DNA of 64,000 nucleotides from Neodothiora populina (lineage: Eukaryota). The DNA is taken from contig NW_027191408.1 in NCBI RefSeq assembly GCF_041146345.1, positions 1 through 64,000 of the forward strand, written 5' to 3'. Shown in pieces: positions 11,608 through 23,205 of this stretch; within the stretch, counting starts at the first letter, position 1, and every line of letters begins with the position of its first letter. The notes under the pieces were generated by a model, which had not been told where the DNA came from, did not search any database, and saw only the letters and a program-made list of their open reading frames with translations. The translations under genes and the position numbers were made by a program.

Positions 11608-12701
11608 TCACCTCGCCACAAGAACAAACTCCTCAGCCGCCCTCCAGAACAACTCCACAAATTTCACCTTCGGCTCTCTGCCCGCAGCAAAGTGAGTCCG
11701 AGACGACGCCATCATGGCTTCGTGATCAACCACCAGATTCTCTCCTCCTGCTCCGAGACGGAATGTGTTGCTCAGAGTACTCCGGATGAGGTATCTTTTC
11801 TTCTTTTCCATTTCCTCGACACCGTATTTCTTCTTGTTATCATCTGTCCTCGACTCGTAGTCGGCCTGCACAGGCTCGCAGTCGCGATCCCAGACCCGCA
11901 AGAACAGCGGTAAGAAATCACGTACGAGATCTCCAGGTCGAACAACCAATCCATCCCATCCAAGAGCCGGGAAATCAAACTTCACTTCCCTCAGTGCTAC
12001 CTCCCCAGCACTTCCCCCCTCTTCTTCCTCCTCATCATCTTCCTCGGCAAGAAAAGCCGCACACTGCCTCGCCGCAGCAGAGGAAGTATACGCCCACTTC
12101 CACCTGCCCGAGAGCTCCACATGCCTCAAGCACTTTTTCCACACCCCCAGCCGTCTCAAAAAGGGGCGCATTGACGTCGTGCTCCCGAAGCGGAACTTGT
12201 TGGCGCCGTATAAGACCGTCGAGGCTTCGTGGTTGACCTGCTGGTTCGTCTGCAGAATGCCGACTGTGAGATAAGGCCCCTTGAGGCGGTGCGCGTGGTA
12301 GGACGTGCATGATAGCGAGGTCTGAGAAAAGGGGCGCTGCAGACTATAGCGCAGCCGGCGCGATGTGCCTTCTATAAGGTATTCGAGCCTCACGGAATCC
12401 GGGTCGTCGGGGTCCAAAGCAGATGTGTAGACCACGAAGATGGTAGTGTATATCAAATTCCGCAGTTCAGGAGGTAAAGCCAGGAACTCAAAGTGGGCAG
12501 TCGGCGGTCTGCGAGCTTTTATCCGGCGGAATCTTGTCTGTGGTCTCTTCGTTAATGTGCTACTACATTTTTGGCACATGGAGGGGAGCAGATAGGGATA
12601 ATCACCTGTTTGTTGGCCCTCTCCAAGGCACCCTTTAGGTCGTTTGCTTCCATGGCTTGGTTTCCCATAGAAACCCTGGCTGGAAACAGAGCACCATTCA
12701 T
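11608..12701 (-). CDS. Hypothetical protein with an F-box-like N-terminal motif; intron 12538-12605; start uncertain (12701, 12668 or 12653)
   Basis: FEFLALPPELRNLIY and ILQTNQQVNHEASTVLYGANKFRF motifs, common in Pezizomycotina F-box-like proteins. A GT..CAG intron joins MEANDLKGALERANKQ to TRFRRIK in frame. Confidence 0.65.
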
Positions 12702-12924
12702 CTTTCCGGCGAAAGGTATTCCGGCTAGTCGAGGACTGTACGAGACTTGTTCGCACTGCAGATTAACGCGCTCTCTTTGTGACTTATCTTAGTTACGTAG
12801 GTGTCCACAACCAAGAATTTGTTGCCAGATTTTATTCTTCTCTGATCCGCATAGAACGATAAGAAGTAGAAGAGCAGAAAGAGAAGAGAAACAGAAAGAA
12901 AAAGACACACCTTCACACCATATA

Positions 12925-13138
12925 CACGAGCAACTCAGCAAGCGCTCGCGCGCATGCCAAAAGAACCCCACATGAACGACAGGCGAGTGACGGACACCTA
13001 TACACATCACGCCTATAGCATCACGCCTATAGCATCACGCCTACTCCATTCGCACGAGCATAGCAGCGAGAGGCCAAGCGCATGCCGAAAAAACAACACG
13101 TGGAACAGGGCAAGTAAGTAACGGACAATCATACACAT
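12925..13138. repeat. Diverged ~128-bp-period direct duplication enclosing (CACGCCTATAGCAT)x2.6
   Basis: 12925-13007 and 13053-13138 share CACGAGCA..GCGCATGCC..ACGGACA..TACACAT. A 14-mer tandem repeat lies at 13008-13043. Confidence 0.7.
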
Positions 13139-14034
13139 GCTTAAGGACATAGGGACAACGCATAGCTTCTCTGCTCGTGACTATTGCTGTTGTCTTGTCT
13201 TCTATATTCCTTATCCTTGCACGAGGTGAGGGATAGTGATATGCAGAAGCTCGTGGTATATAATGTATAGATAGAGGTAAGGGGTATCGAGATCCTGGAT
13301 GGTAGTCATAGACAGCACGTGAAGCGTAGAACTACTTCGTAGTCCAGATCATAGGAATACGCCTCTGCTCTGATAAGGTTCCAGTATACCTCCTCTTTCT
13401 ATCCGTAGTAGTGGACTATGGCAGTAGCTATTCTGGGGATGGGCTTAGAGTGATATGATAGACCACTTTTTTTGTCTGTTACCTTGTACTTGTACTGCTG
13501 CTGCTGCTGCTGCTGCTGCTGAAGACGAAGACAATGAGATGATGATGGTGATGATGATTCAAGCACTTATGCCGTCTTGTGTAGATTGCTGGGTTCAAAA
13601 AGCGTATTAGATCATCAGGACAGAGGTAGACGTATAGGCAGAGGATCGCACAGAGAAAAAGAGTAGTAGATATATGGCGGCAGATAAGGTTGCAGGGAGA
13701 TGCAATTGAAGATCCAATCCCCTTCTTCGACGTGTATTTTTCGCAAATCAAAAGTGTATATAGAAATGTCCATCTGAAAAAAAAAAAGAAACGCCTCGCG
13801 GCTTTTTTTGTGTATGAAATGTCACTGGACATCTATTAAAATTCCGATCAATTTGTGGAGAACGAAGCCCGACAGACAGGCAGGCAGGCATCGTACCTGC
13901 CAACTATAAACATGGCATGGTCTCAAAGCTACCGTGTCTTCAGGCAGCCGTGATGCCCTCAAGGAACACATCCCCAGAGGAGGAAAAAAAGGGCGCCTTT
14001 CTCTAATGCGAACAGAAAACAAAAATCCAGCTGC

Positions 14035-16008
14035 TCAATCATCTTTATGCCTCTTGCCAGCGCCAGCACTGGTTCCACTCCTGGCTCGTTCTCTCAGGGT
14101 ATCTTGTGATCGTCCAAAGGACGTGCTATTACTCACTCCTCTAACCCCCCCGTTGGCCCGCACGGTGTTTGCGGATCCCTGTCTGCCTCTCTGTTCTTCT
14201 TCGTCTTCGTCTTCGTGCTCGCCGATTTCGAATTGGTCTGCCATCTCGATGAGATCCCCCAGGCCGTCGCCGCCTCGTCCGGGTATGCCGACACTTGCTC
14301 TCGCAGCGGCGGATTTCGGCTCTGGGGCGTCCAACGCTGTGAGTGCTTTGCTTGCCATTTTCCTGGCCCAGCTTTCTATGGCGCCGCCGACGTTGTCTAG
14401 TCCGATGCTGTTCGGTGTCTGTACGCCAGAGACGTTGGCAGAAGAAGCCACGGAAGGCTCATCCGAGTATAGGGGGATCTCGGGTAGATACAGGTTCTGC
14501 TGATTTGATGGTGGTGCAACGTTTGGCAGATGGCTTGCGAAGAACTTGTTCAGACCATCTTGCGCCGGTCCGGGCGAGTGTACATTCTTGGCCATGGTAC
14601 CTACACCTCCGGGACCAGACAGATAGCTCGGGAAGTATCCGGTGGTTGCATTAGACAGCTTCCGTCCACCGCGAGGTCGCTGTGGAATCTCTCGCAAGGG
14701 TGATAATGACGGGCCGTCCAGGGTGGATGTGCGAGTGAGGTCTAGCGAGGTCGAAGGAGTATCGAGATCAGAGTAAGACTGAGACTTCCGTCGTGCAGGT
14801 GGGAAATATGCAAGGTTCCGGCGAGACAGCCGGGCTATCTGGGTGGGTTCCTTGGCGTTGGGAAAGAGCACCCAGGAATCGTGGATCCATTGCTGCTCAG
14901 ACTCGAGAGATCTGTGCGAGGACTGCGGGCGGTCGCTGTTGGTGGATATCGACTCGGCTCTGCCTCTGTCCGTCGGTGCTGCAGCAGCAGCGGTGACTTC
15001 TGGAGCTATAGAGGTAGGAAAGGGGTTGTTCGCCTGCGACTCGGTGTCGCCAGAAAGCAAGTTTATCTCTTCGGCATTGCTGAGCTTCCTGCCCTTGACA
15101 CCGCAGGCATCCACGGGGATTATGATTGTTTTGCGGACCTGGGGTCTGTCGTTGGGCCACATCCGGTTGGTCCGGCGTAGTACGGCATCCTTGCAGTTGT
15201 ATTTGATGGTGATTCCGGCGACGGTGTCGTTTGGCTTGACGTGGTGCACATAGACCAGAGCGTCTCTGTTCTCGTTGTCGCCTGGCGGTGCAGACTCGTA
15301 GCGTCTGGCATCCGAATTCCTTCTCTTGAAGCGACCCATCGAGTCGGCATGTTGGTCCGGGCTGGCGATCAAGAGATCTCTCCTCTTGAGCGCCCTGACC
15401 TCGGCTTCTCTTTCATCTCTGGTGCCGACTCCGACTCCGACTCCGACTCCGACTCCGACAAGACTCCTGGCCGGAGAGGGGACACCCCACTGAGCTGGTG
15501 GAGCGCTGGTGTTCCTCGGAGGGGCGCTGCCGCCGTGCGAGGGTTTGCGTCTCCGGTGCCCTGTCTGTGACTGTGACTGTGACTGTGACTGTGACTGTGA
15601 CTGCGACTGACCCTTCACGGGAGAGGCTGCGCCGCTTCCCAGCATCTCCGAGGCTTTGCCCTGGATGGCGTTCCACGAGTCGCTGAAGAACAGCGACAGC
15701 GAGGGAGACTCATCTCGGTTGTGCTTGCTCGCGGCTGTTCGGGGGTAGGGTTTCCTCGCCGACGACGAAGACTGCGTGGGACGCGATGGATGGCGGTTCG
15801 GGATGGGCGAGCGAGCCCTGAAATCAAAAGGAGCGAGCGAGGGCGAGGGAGATGGTATGCGCAGGTTCGGGGCGGTGACGGGGTCGAAGCCAACCTCGTC
15901 CCCCTCGTCGAGACCCGAGATTAAGCGACCGACACGAGGTCGCAGGGAGTTTGTGGTGGCTGGCGTCGAGCTTGTTCTGGAGGAGCTGCCGCCATAGCTG
16001 GAGTTCAT
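14035..16008 (-). CDS. Intracellular LysM-domain protein, single exon
   Basis: 657-aa ORF with one LysM-like segment (YVHHVKPNDTVAGITIKYNCKDAVLRRTNRMWPND...RKTIIIP). No signal peptide. (QS)n and (VG)n tracts are encoded by hexamer repeats. Confidence 0.8.
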   Translation of the reverse strand: MNSSYGGSSSRTSSTPATTNSLRPRVGRLISGLDEGDEVGFDPVTAPNLRIPSPSPSLAPFDFRARSPIPNRHPSRPTQSSSSARKPYPRTAASKHNRDESPSLSLFFSDSWNAIQGKASEMLGSGAASPVKGQSQSQSQSQSQSQSQTGHRRRKPSHGGSAPPRNTSAPPAQWGVPSPARSLVGVGVGVGVGVGTRDEREAEVRALKRRDLLIASPDQHADSMGRFKRRNSDARRYESAPPGDNENRDALVYVHHVKPNDTVAGITIKYNCKDAVLRRTNRMWPNDRPQVRKTIIIPVDACGVKGRKLSNAEEINLLSGDTESQANNPFPTSIAPEVTAAAAAPTDRGRAESISTNSDRPQSSHRSLESEQQWIHDSWVLFPNAKEPTQIARLSRRNLAYFPPARRKSQSYSDLDTPSTSLDLTRTSTLDGPSLSPLREIPQRPRGGRKLSNATTGYFPSYLSGPGGVGTMAKNVHSPGPAQDGLNKFFASHLPNVAPPSNQQNLYLPEIPLYSDEPSVASSANVSGVQTPNSIGLDNVGGAIESWARKMASKALTALDAPEPKSAAARASVGIPGRGGDGLGDLIEMADQFEIGEHEDEDEEEQRGRQGSANTVRANGGVRGVSNSTSFGRSQDTLRERARSGTSAGAGKRHKDD

Positions 16009-16700
16009 GGCGGGGACAGCAGATTGATGCAGGACGGAGGCATTGGGGTGGATTGACAGTAAAGGTATCCAGATAGATGTGAGAGTCAGCTAAGGTAATT
16101 AAGGTGAGGAAGGTACAGGTACTGATATCAGCCCCTCGTTGCTGGTGCCAAGACAATAGTGATATGAGGTATCAACAGTACAAAGTAGTACAAGGCTTGG
16201 ATCAGGTGTCCAGATGTTCCATTAAGCCTTTTATAGTGGACCCATGATTCTGATAACAAGAGACTTGATTTCAGTCGATCACGACGGGTATCTGAAGAGA
16301 GATCAAGAATGGAGATTGCGTGTATTCCTTATATTATAGGTAAAGTGAGATACGTAAAGTAAGGTAAGGCAGGATAAGGTAGCAGTCGGCGGTAGCGTGT
16401 CTCGTGCCGTCTCAGTGCCGCCCCCGTGCCCCGTCTGTCTCATCTTTTGCTCTGCTGCAGTCGTCATCGGCCAGAGCACAGTCCATACAGTCCATATGAG
16501 CCGCCAAGTCCCATCTCAGCAATCTACCGAAGATCCACCGGCTAAGCGAGTCCCGCAGCGAATCCACCCAGTCCCCGACTTCCTCTGTAACAAATTCCTC
16601 TGCTGCCTTTGAAGTGAGAAGATTTCGAGAAGTCCACGACCAACGACAACCACCCAATCCTTCCTCCCTCCTCCACCAGACAAGTCAACCATCCGCCAAA

Positions 16701-17257
16701 ATGGGTCGCGTTAGAACCAAGACTGTCAAGAAGTCGGCCAAGGTCGTCATTGAGCGTTACTACCCCAAGCTCACTCTCGACTTCGAGACCAACAAGCGCA
16801 TCTGCGATGAGATCGCCATCATTGCCTCCAAGCGTCTTCGCAACAAGGTAACTATTACACTCCACTCACTCCCAGAGGAAACAAGAAGACTAACAGGCAC
16901 AATCCAGATCGCCGGTTACACCACCCACTTGATGAAGCGCATCCAGCGCGGACCCGTCCGCGGTATTTCCTTCAAGCTTCAGGAGGAGGAGCGTGAGCGC
17001 AAGGATCAGTACGTTCCTGAGGTCTCCGCTCTCGACTTCACCCAGAACAGCGAGAGCGGCCAGCTCGACGTTGACCAGGAGACCAAGGACCTCCTCAAGT
17101 CCATGGGCGTACGTTTTGTCTCTGTCTCTGCTTGTGACAGTCCCGCTAACAACATCTCCCTCAGTTCGACTCCATCCCCGTCAACGTCGTTGCCGTCCAG
17201 CAGCAGCAGGTTGCTGAGCGCCCTCGCCGCTTCGGTGACCGCAACCCCCGCGTCTAA
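16701..17257 (+). CDS. RPS17: 40S ribosomal protein S17 (eS17); exons 16701-16847, 16908-17108, 17165-17257
   Basis: [33 protein letters not shown]...[40 protein letters not shown], with two canonical introns. Confidence 0.97.
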
Positions 17258-18282
17258 GCGTCACGCCAGTCTCTCTGACGATGAACAAAAAGCGCACAAG
17301 CAAAATTCACAATTTGGGGTTTACGGATTGATCATGGGTTGGGACAAAAATGACGGCGCACTAGCTCGGGTATACCAATGCATGCTTTCTCTTCCCCATC
17401 AGGTGTCGCTGAGTCGGACGCGCTATGCGCTCAAGACGAGGCTTGATCGCCAGGCTTAACAGCCACTCACTTTTCCCCTTCCCGCCCCCTTTGTTGTGGA
17501 ATTGTGACCCTTTCAGACCCTTCTCGATGTTTTCAGCTCGAGCTTCGAACGCTCACCTGGTATACTTCGGACTCAGCATCATACTGTCCAGGTAGGTCTA
17601 CTCGTTCAGTATGCTAGTTCTTCAGCCTGCGCCTCGAATTCCCGGCCTGAAAATGCTGCGCAGAAGACACAAAAGTTCTGTGTGCTCCAAGTTCTTGTAT
17701 AAAGTGATACAGTCAGTGTGGCTATGCAATTCAATGCCTTCTGACGTTATCAGTAAGCACCACGGTAGGTCTGCCTGAACTCCCTCTTCTCTAGCTCTGT
17801 TCAAGTTGCCATAGATAGGCAAGAGGCGCGGTTTCCGGACCACAATCATAGCCACGCTATAGGTATAGTCCGCCCAGATATCAGGATGTCGAATCCTTCG
17901 TCCGTGCAGAACTTGCGGTTCCTGTATCTTAAAGGGGTGAACCGAAAGTTGACCAATATAATATGAAACCAGAAGTGATTCCACCAATGGATTGCGATAG
18001 CCAGGCGCACATCTTTCTCCCTCTGGGGATCTAAGCGGCTTTCGCAACTAAAGGCAATCAACGCCTCTTATCACTGCCGCGGGCTATCGGGCTCTCGTCT
18101 GTCCAGCCTCGTGCGGGTATCATCTGATACATCTGGCTCCTTGCCAGTCGCGAGTGAAATATGAACTCGATGCTCTCTGATCTCGAACGACATTAGGTCC
18201 CAGGCTTGCTCTTGAGGGTACTCTGGACAGTCGCTATCGCTTTGTTCCTAGGCTTCCTCTTTGTAGCTGTACCACAACAAAT

Positions 18283-19272
18283 ATGCTACAAGCATCTTGT
18301 CCTGTCTCCCTCGCTGAACTCCGGAAAGAACTTGACGATTCTAAGGATCACATCTTCTGTGTAGCTTACGCTACTTCTCGCAAACGCAGATGTCACAACT
18401 CCATTGCCCCAGCGAAGATTTTGAAAGCTCTGAACACACTAAAGAGTGAAACTGTCGGTCTTTCCGAACGCCTGGTCATGGTCGCAAGACTGTGCTGCTG
18501 CGAGAAAGTGTTCAAAAACGACACTAAACATCAGGACTCGGCCATCGCGATAGCTTCCGTCTGGTTGAGCAGCGAGCAGGCTGGGCAAGACATGTTGCCG
18601 ACTCCTCAAACGACGCCTCTCAGGACTACATCAGAAAGCAACGAAGGGACAGAAAGTGACACTTCGGCTCGTCCTGGGCTTCCACATCATCTCTCTGCCC
18701 CCACACCTTCATATGGTGCCACGGTATCGATTCCGACAAGGAAGAGAATGCAACGAACCTCTTCATCCACCCACCTTATGTCCCCTGCTGCTAGCCTCGT
18801 CCGACAAGTAGACGAAGACGCATCAGACGCCGCAGCGCCCGTTCGTACTCAGCTTACCAGAGCTTGCGAAACCAATGCTCTACTCGGCTCTCAACTTCGG
18901 AAGCTCGCATCTGCGATGTACGCCGAGATTGAATCTTCACGCAAGTCCGAGGCTGACATGTACGACCGCCTCCGTGACGCCGAAGCGCAGGTCACGAGAA
19001 CGCGCGAGAGACGGCAACAAACCGAGGAGAAGTACATCCAGAGTGCAGCCAAAGCGGAAGAAGACCACGAGCAAGAACTCGAGGACATGCAGGCGGAGAT
19101 CGAGGATCTGCTGGATGAGCGAAGAGACTTGAGGGCGACTATCGCGGAACTCGTTGTAACTCAGAAAGAAAAGAAGAGGGACAGGGAATCCAAGGAGGCA
19201 AAGAAGTCACGTCCACGAAGCGGGAAGAGAGCCGCAGCAGGGGAGCCTGTGATTGTGGTCGACTCTGACTAG
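18283..19272 (+). CDS. Hypothetical protein with N-terminal Cys/His motif and C-terminal coiled coil
   Basis: 329-aa ORF from an ATG. C.AY.....RRCHNSI ... LCCC......HQ is a possible Zn-binding arrangement, and the C-terminus is charged and heptad-like. Confidence 0.7.
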   Translation: MLQASCPVSLAELRKELDDSKDHIFCVAYATSRKRRCHNSIAPAKILKALNTLKSETVGLSERLVMVARLCCCEKVFKNDTKHQDSAIAIASVWLSSEQAGQDMLPTPQTTPLRTTSESNEGTESDTSARPGLPHHLSAPTPSYGATVSIPTRKRMQRTSSSTHLMSPAASLVRQVDEDASDAAAPVRTQLTRACETNALLGSQLRKLASAMYAEIESSRKSEADMYDRLRDAEAQVTRTRERRQQTEEKYIQSAAKAEEDHEQELEDMQAEIEDLLDERRDLRATIAELVVTQKEKKRDRESKEAKKSRPRSGKRAAAGEPVIVVDSD

Positions 19273-19998
19273 TGAGCACGAACAAGATCTGGAGAGCCAT
19301 CGTAGATGTGTGCTTGTCTATCAAAGACAGTGCTTCGTCAAACTTTGGACGTCTTGTGGCCCCCCATATAGCATGTACTATAGTTTCCAATTTGTTTTTC
19401 TCGTTTCCTGCTATCTTCTCTGTTCACGTTTTTCTCATACAGTCGAGTTCCTTTCGAAAATCATCTGATGCCCTCCTTTTGTGCGACATTCATTGTTATA
19501 CTGTGTTTCCATACCGTCCTTTGTGTGCTGAGTAATATACTATGGACCGCAAGACGAAACTCAACGCCGGGACAAGACGTACTGCCCAGCACGTCCAGGA
19601 TCTGCTTCAGCTGACCCTTGTGAGACATTTTGTCTCTCAAAGGCTTTCACTTGTATTGTTTCAAAAGTCTATGGCAATGGGTGTGTTACATCGATTTGAC
19701 GAACCTCAAAAGACAACAACCCTCGGTCGAGCAAAAGGCGGGGATATGCTACCTACTCCACACATGCACACCCTTTTCCTCACTGCGGATGTCTCGGTCC
19801 AGCCAGCCCCATATTGCGACAAATCCGACCTCATCCGCTTACACCTGCTTTTTTCCCTCTTCGACTGCAAGCCCCGGCCGCTTCACAATACCGGATACTT
19901 TACGTTCTTCTTGAAAAATTTGTGACAGGCAAGAGAAAGCAGCTCTTGCGCAATTGAGTCAGTGGCGGCAAGCTTGGTGTTTCTCTCTCGGTCATCTA

Positions 19999-21956
19999 AT
20001 GGTAGACGCCGAGTCTGCCGGCGTTCGGCGTAGAGCGCCGAGATATGAAGATGAAGATACGAGCGCAACGACGGACCGCGAATTGAAGGGTTGGTATTCG
20101 TACGGTGTTGCTGCCGAAGTATTTGCTGTTTGCGGTGTTGGTATGTACTCGTTCTCTCACACCTTCAATTGGGCTTCTGCTCGTCTGAACAATTGCTTAT
20201 ACATATCAAAGGCTCATTTCTTCCCGTGACCCTCGAACAGCTTGCTAAAGAGCATGGTGTCCTGAGATCCGACGGTGTCACTTCTTGTCTTGCTCCTAAG
20301 AATCCTGCGCCTGAGAGTGGTGCAGGCGGAGATCCTGCTAATACTGCTGCAAATGCGCTGATGCGATTCGTGCGCCGTGCTGCTGAGGGTCAGGATGCAG
20401 GTCAATGTGTTGTCCATCCTTTTGGCAAACCTGTCAGCACTGCCAGTTTCGCCATGTATACTTTTTCATTAGCAGTTCTTGTTCAGGCACTTGTTCTTAT
20501 TTCTTTCAGTTCGGTGGCTGATTATGGTAAGAACGAAAGCACTCTTGAAACATCATAGAGCGCAAGACTGATTCGTGTTGTCGCAGGTACTTACCGCAAA
20601 AAGTTTTTGCTTGCGTTTGGTTATGTAGGCGCAGCATCAAGTATGCTTTTCATCATCGTCTCTCCCAGGCTCTATGTACTTGGATCTGTATTGGTCATCA
20701 TTGGTGTCGTCTGCCTTGGCTCTTCCTTTGTGCTACTGAACTCCTTCCTACCTCTACTAGCCTGGAACGATCCCTCAGTAGCAGAGGCGACGTCTATGCC
20801 ACTTCACGACATGGATGATGGTGAGTTTGGCAATGACGATTACGCGTTCGCCAGCTCCAGCGCGAAGTCGCCAGAACAGCCAGCATCGCCCGCACTTACG
20901 TTATCTACAAAGATCTCGTCGAAAGGCGTAGGTCTAGGTTATATAGCAGCAGTGTTCGTACAAGTCTTGAGTATCGGTCTTCTCTTCGGACTTTCGAAAG
21001 TGCACTTCTCGTCGCCATCGATTCCTCTGCGTACTGTTCTGTTTCTTGTCGGCATATGGTGGGGTGTCTTCACCATACCCTGCGCGTTGTGGCTACGCGA
21101 TCGTCCTGGACCACCACTGCAAAGCTCGATGAGCAGACAGGGTCGAGTCCGACAAGTGTTCACCTACATTACTTTCGCCTGGGGTTCAGTGTGGAAGACG
21201 GTCAAGGTGGCGGTCCAATTGCGACAGACCGTTCTGTTCCTGATCGCCTGGTTCCTACTTTCAGACTCTATTGCGACCATCTCAGGGACAGCGATCCTGT
21301 TCGCGAGGACCGAGCTTCACATGGGCACCGTCCCGATCGCTCTCCTCTCAATCACAGCAACATCATCGGGCATTGCAGGCGCTTTCATCTGGCCGATCAT
21401 ATCACGCAAGTATCAACTCCCCACACACAAGACCATCATAGCATGTATCTTGTTGATGGAGATCATCCCCTTGTACGGCCTACTCGGCTTCCTACCCTTC
21501 ATCCAACGCTGGGGCGTCGGCGGTCTGCAACAGATGTGGGAGATCTATCCTCTTGGCGTTGTTCTGGGCCTTGTAATGGGTGGTCTATCGTCCTACTGTC
21601 GATCCTTCTACGGTCTCTTGATCCCACCAGGTAGCGAAGCTTCGTTCTACGCACTCTACGCGATCACGGACAAGGGTAGCTCGGCCGTGGGTCCGGCAGT
21701 CGTGGGCTGGATCGTGGACGCTGTGGGGACCATTCGACCTGCGTTTGGATTCGTGGCCGTCTTGCTTGCCTTGCCTATCCCTCTGATTCTCATGATCGAT
21801 GCCGAGAAGGGACGCGCTGACGCTGTCTCGATCGCCGAGACGCTTGGTATGAACGGAAAAGTCGGTTCAGGGCATGCGTACTCGGCTGCTAGAACGGCAG
21901 AAGAGAGCGACGATGAGGATGGCACTGGCCTGCTGGCTAGAGCTCACCGGGATTGA
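19999..21956 (+). CDS. ATG22: Vacuolar amino-acid efflux MFS transporter Atg22; introns 20141-20211, 20527-20586
   Basis: PRY.DED...T..RELKGWYSYG.AAEVFAVCGVG, GSFLPVTLEQLA, NSFLPLL and RSFYG.LIPPGSEA.FYALYAITDKGSS motifs. Introns restore frame. Confidence 0.92.
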
Positions 21957-23156
21957 GGTAGGAGGCCGTAGGGCGATGACATCTTGACGAAGTATCCACG
22001 AAGGGACATACCGAAGATGTACGAAAGTATTGAAAAAAGCCAGGAGGAAGGCAGGGTGAAAAGTAACATGTGCGACGAAAAGCAACGAATATCGGACCCG
22101 ATAACTCGCAGTCGCGAGACCAGATGTGGATAAAGTGATTTACAGCATACAAGAGAGCAACTCTACAATTCTGCGAGAGAAAATGATCATACAAACACTA
22201 TAGACAAACCATAGATGAAATCAAAGCCATCAATAAGGCCATTGCCACACATGACAAAACTCAGCCGTGTCCCATGAAAACAACCCATGAAATCAAGCAT
22301 ACCAATCAAGTCACAAAGAGTCTAGACCTCGAGTACGAGCACGACAAAAGCAACGAGCAGAAGCAGGAGAAGAGAGCAAAAGAAGAAGCAGCAGCAGCAA
22401 CAACGACAACGGCACAATCTAATCTCCTATACTTCGACCCCTGCCCCTCTTTCGTCCCGGCGGCAGCAACAGAAAACGAAGAGATTGACAGTCGGCGCAA
22501 AAGAGATTGATGCGAATCCTCAAGGAACCCAAAACCGCGAAGAGATGCAAACGCCATCAGACCAGCCTTACTCACTTACAGCATCGCGCCTCGGCGATCG
22601 AGAACTACCGTACAATACCAAGCCCTCAACGACCCAAACAACCCCAACACCCATCCAGGGCCTCTCTACAAAAGCGCACTCAGTCTACATGGAGCGGAAA
22701 AAAGCGCCAGAGAACGCGAGACGAACGCGGAACGCCCGCCAGGGCAGGATCGTGGAGGATTAAGCTTTGTTGCCAAACCAAATAAACACAGCAGAAAGAG
22801 AATAAATCAATAAAGGAAAATAGAGGAAATGGAAATAAGACAAAAATGCCAGCATCTCGCGGAACACGAAGAGGACACGAGATGACACGTAGAAGTCTCG
22901 AGAGGGCGCGCGGCTAAGCGAGGAACGAGAGAGAGAGAGAGAGAGATGTAGTTACTGTGTTTTGGGGCTGATAGGTATAGAGACATAGGTGGTTGGATTG
23001 ACCATCGCGATGTGAAAAAAGGATAAATAAGATAAGGTGTCTAGTGGTGCAGTGTACCTAGGACCGAGCAACGAGAAAGCAGCAGAAAAAGCGACTGCTG
23101 AGAATATCTTCACTCAAATCGCCATCTTCAGACATATATTCTCTCAGCCAGCCAGC

Positions 23157-23205
23157 CAGACAGACAGACAGATAGACAGATAGACAGATAGACAGAAAGA
23201 CAGAC
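23157..23205. repeat. (CAGA/TAGA)n tetranucleotide repeat; a (GA)n tract lies nearby at ~22927-22945
   Basis: Read directly. Confidence 0.8.

Noticed and set aside
11228..11611. 127-aa ORF overlapping the stop of the F-box-like gene
   Set aside because: No motif support. It may be UTR or a remnant.
17622..18047. 141-aa minus-strand ORF between RPS17 and the coiled-coil gene
   Set aside because: Non-ATG start and no recognisable motif. It cannot be supported, though a decayed gene is not excluded.
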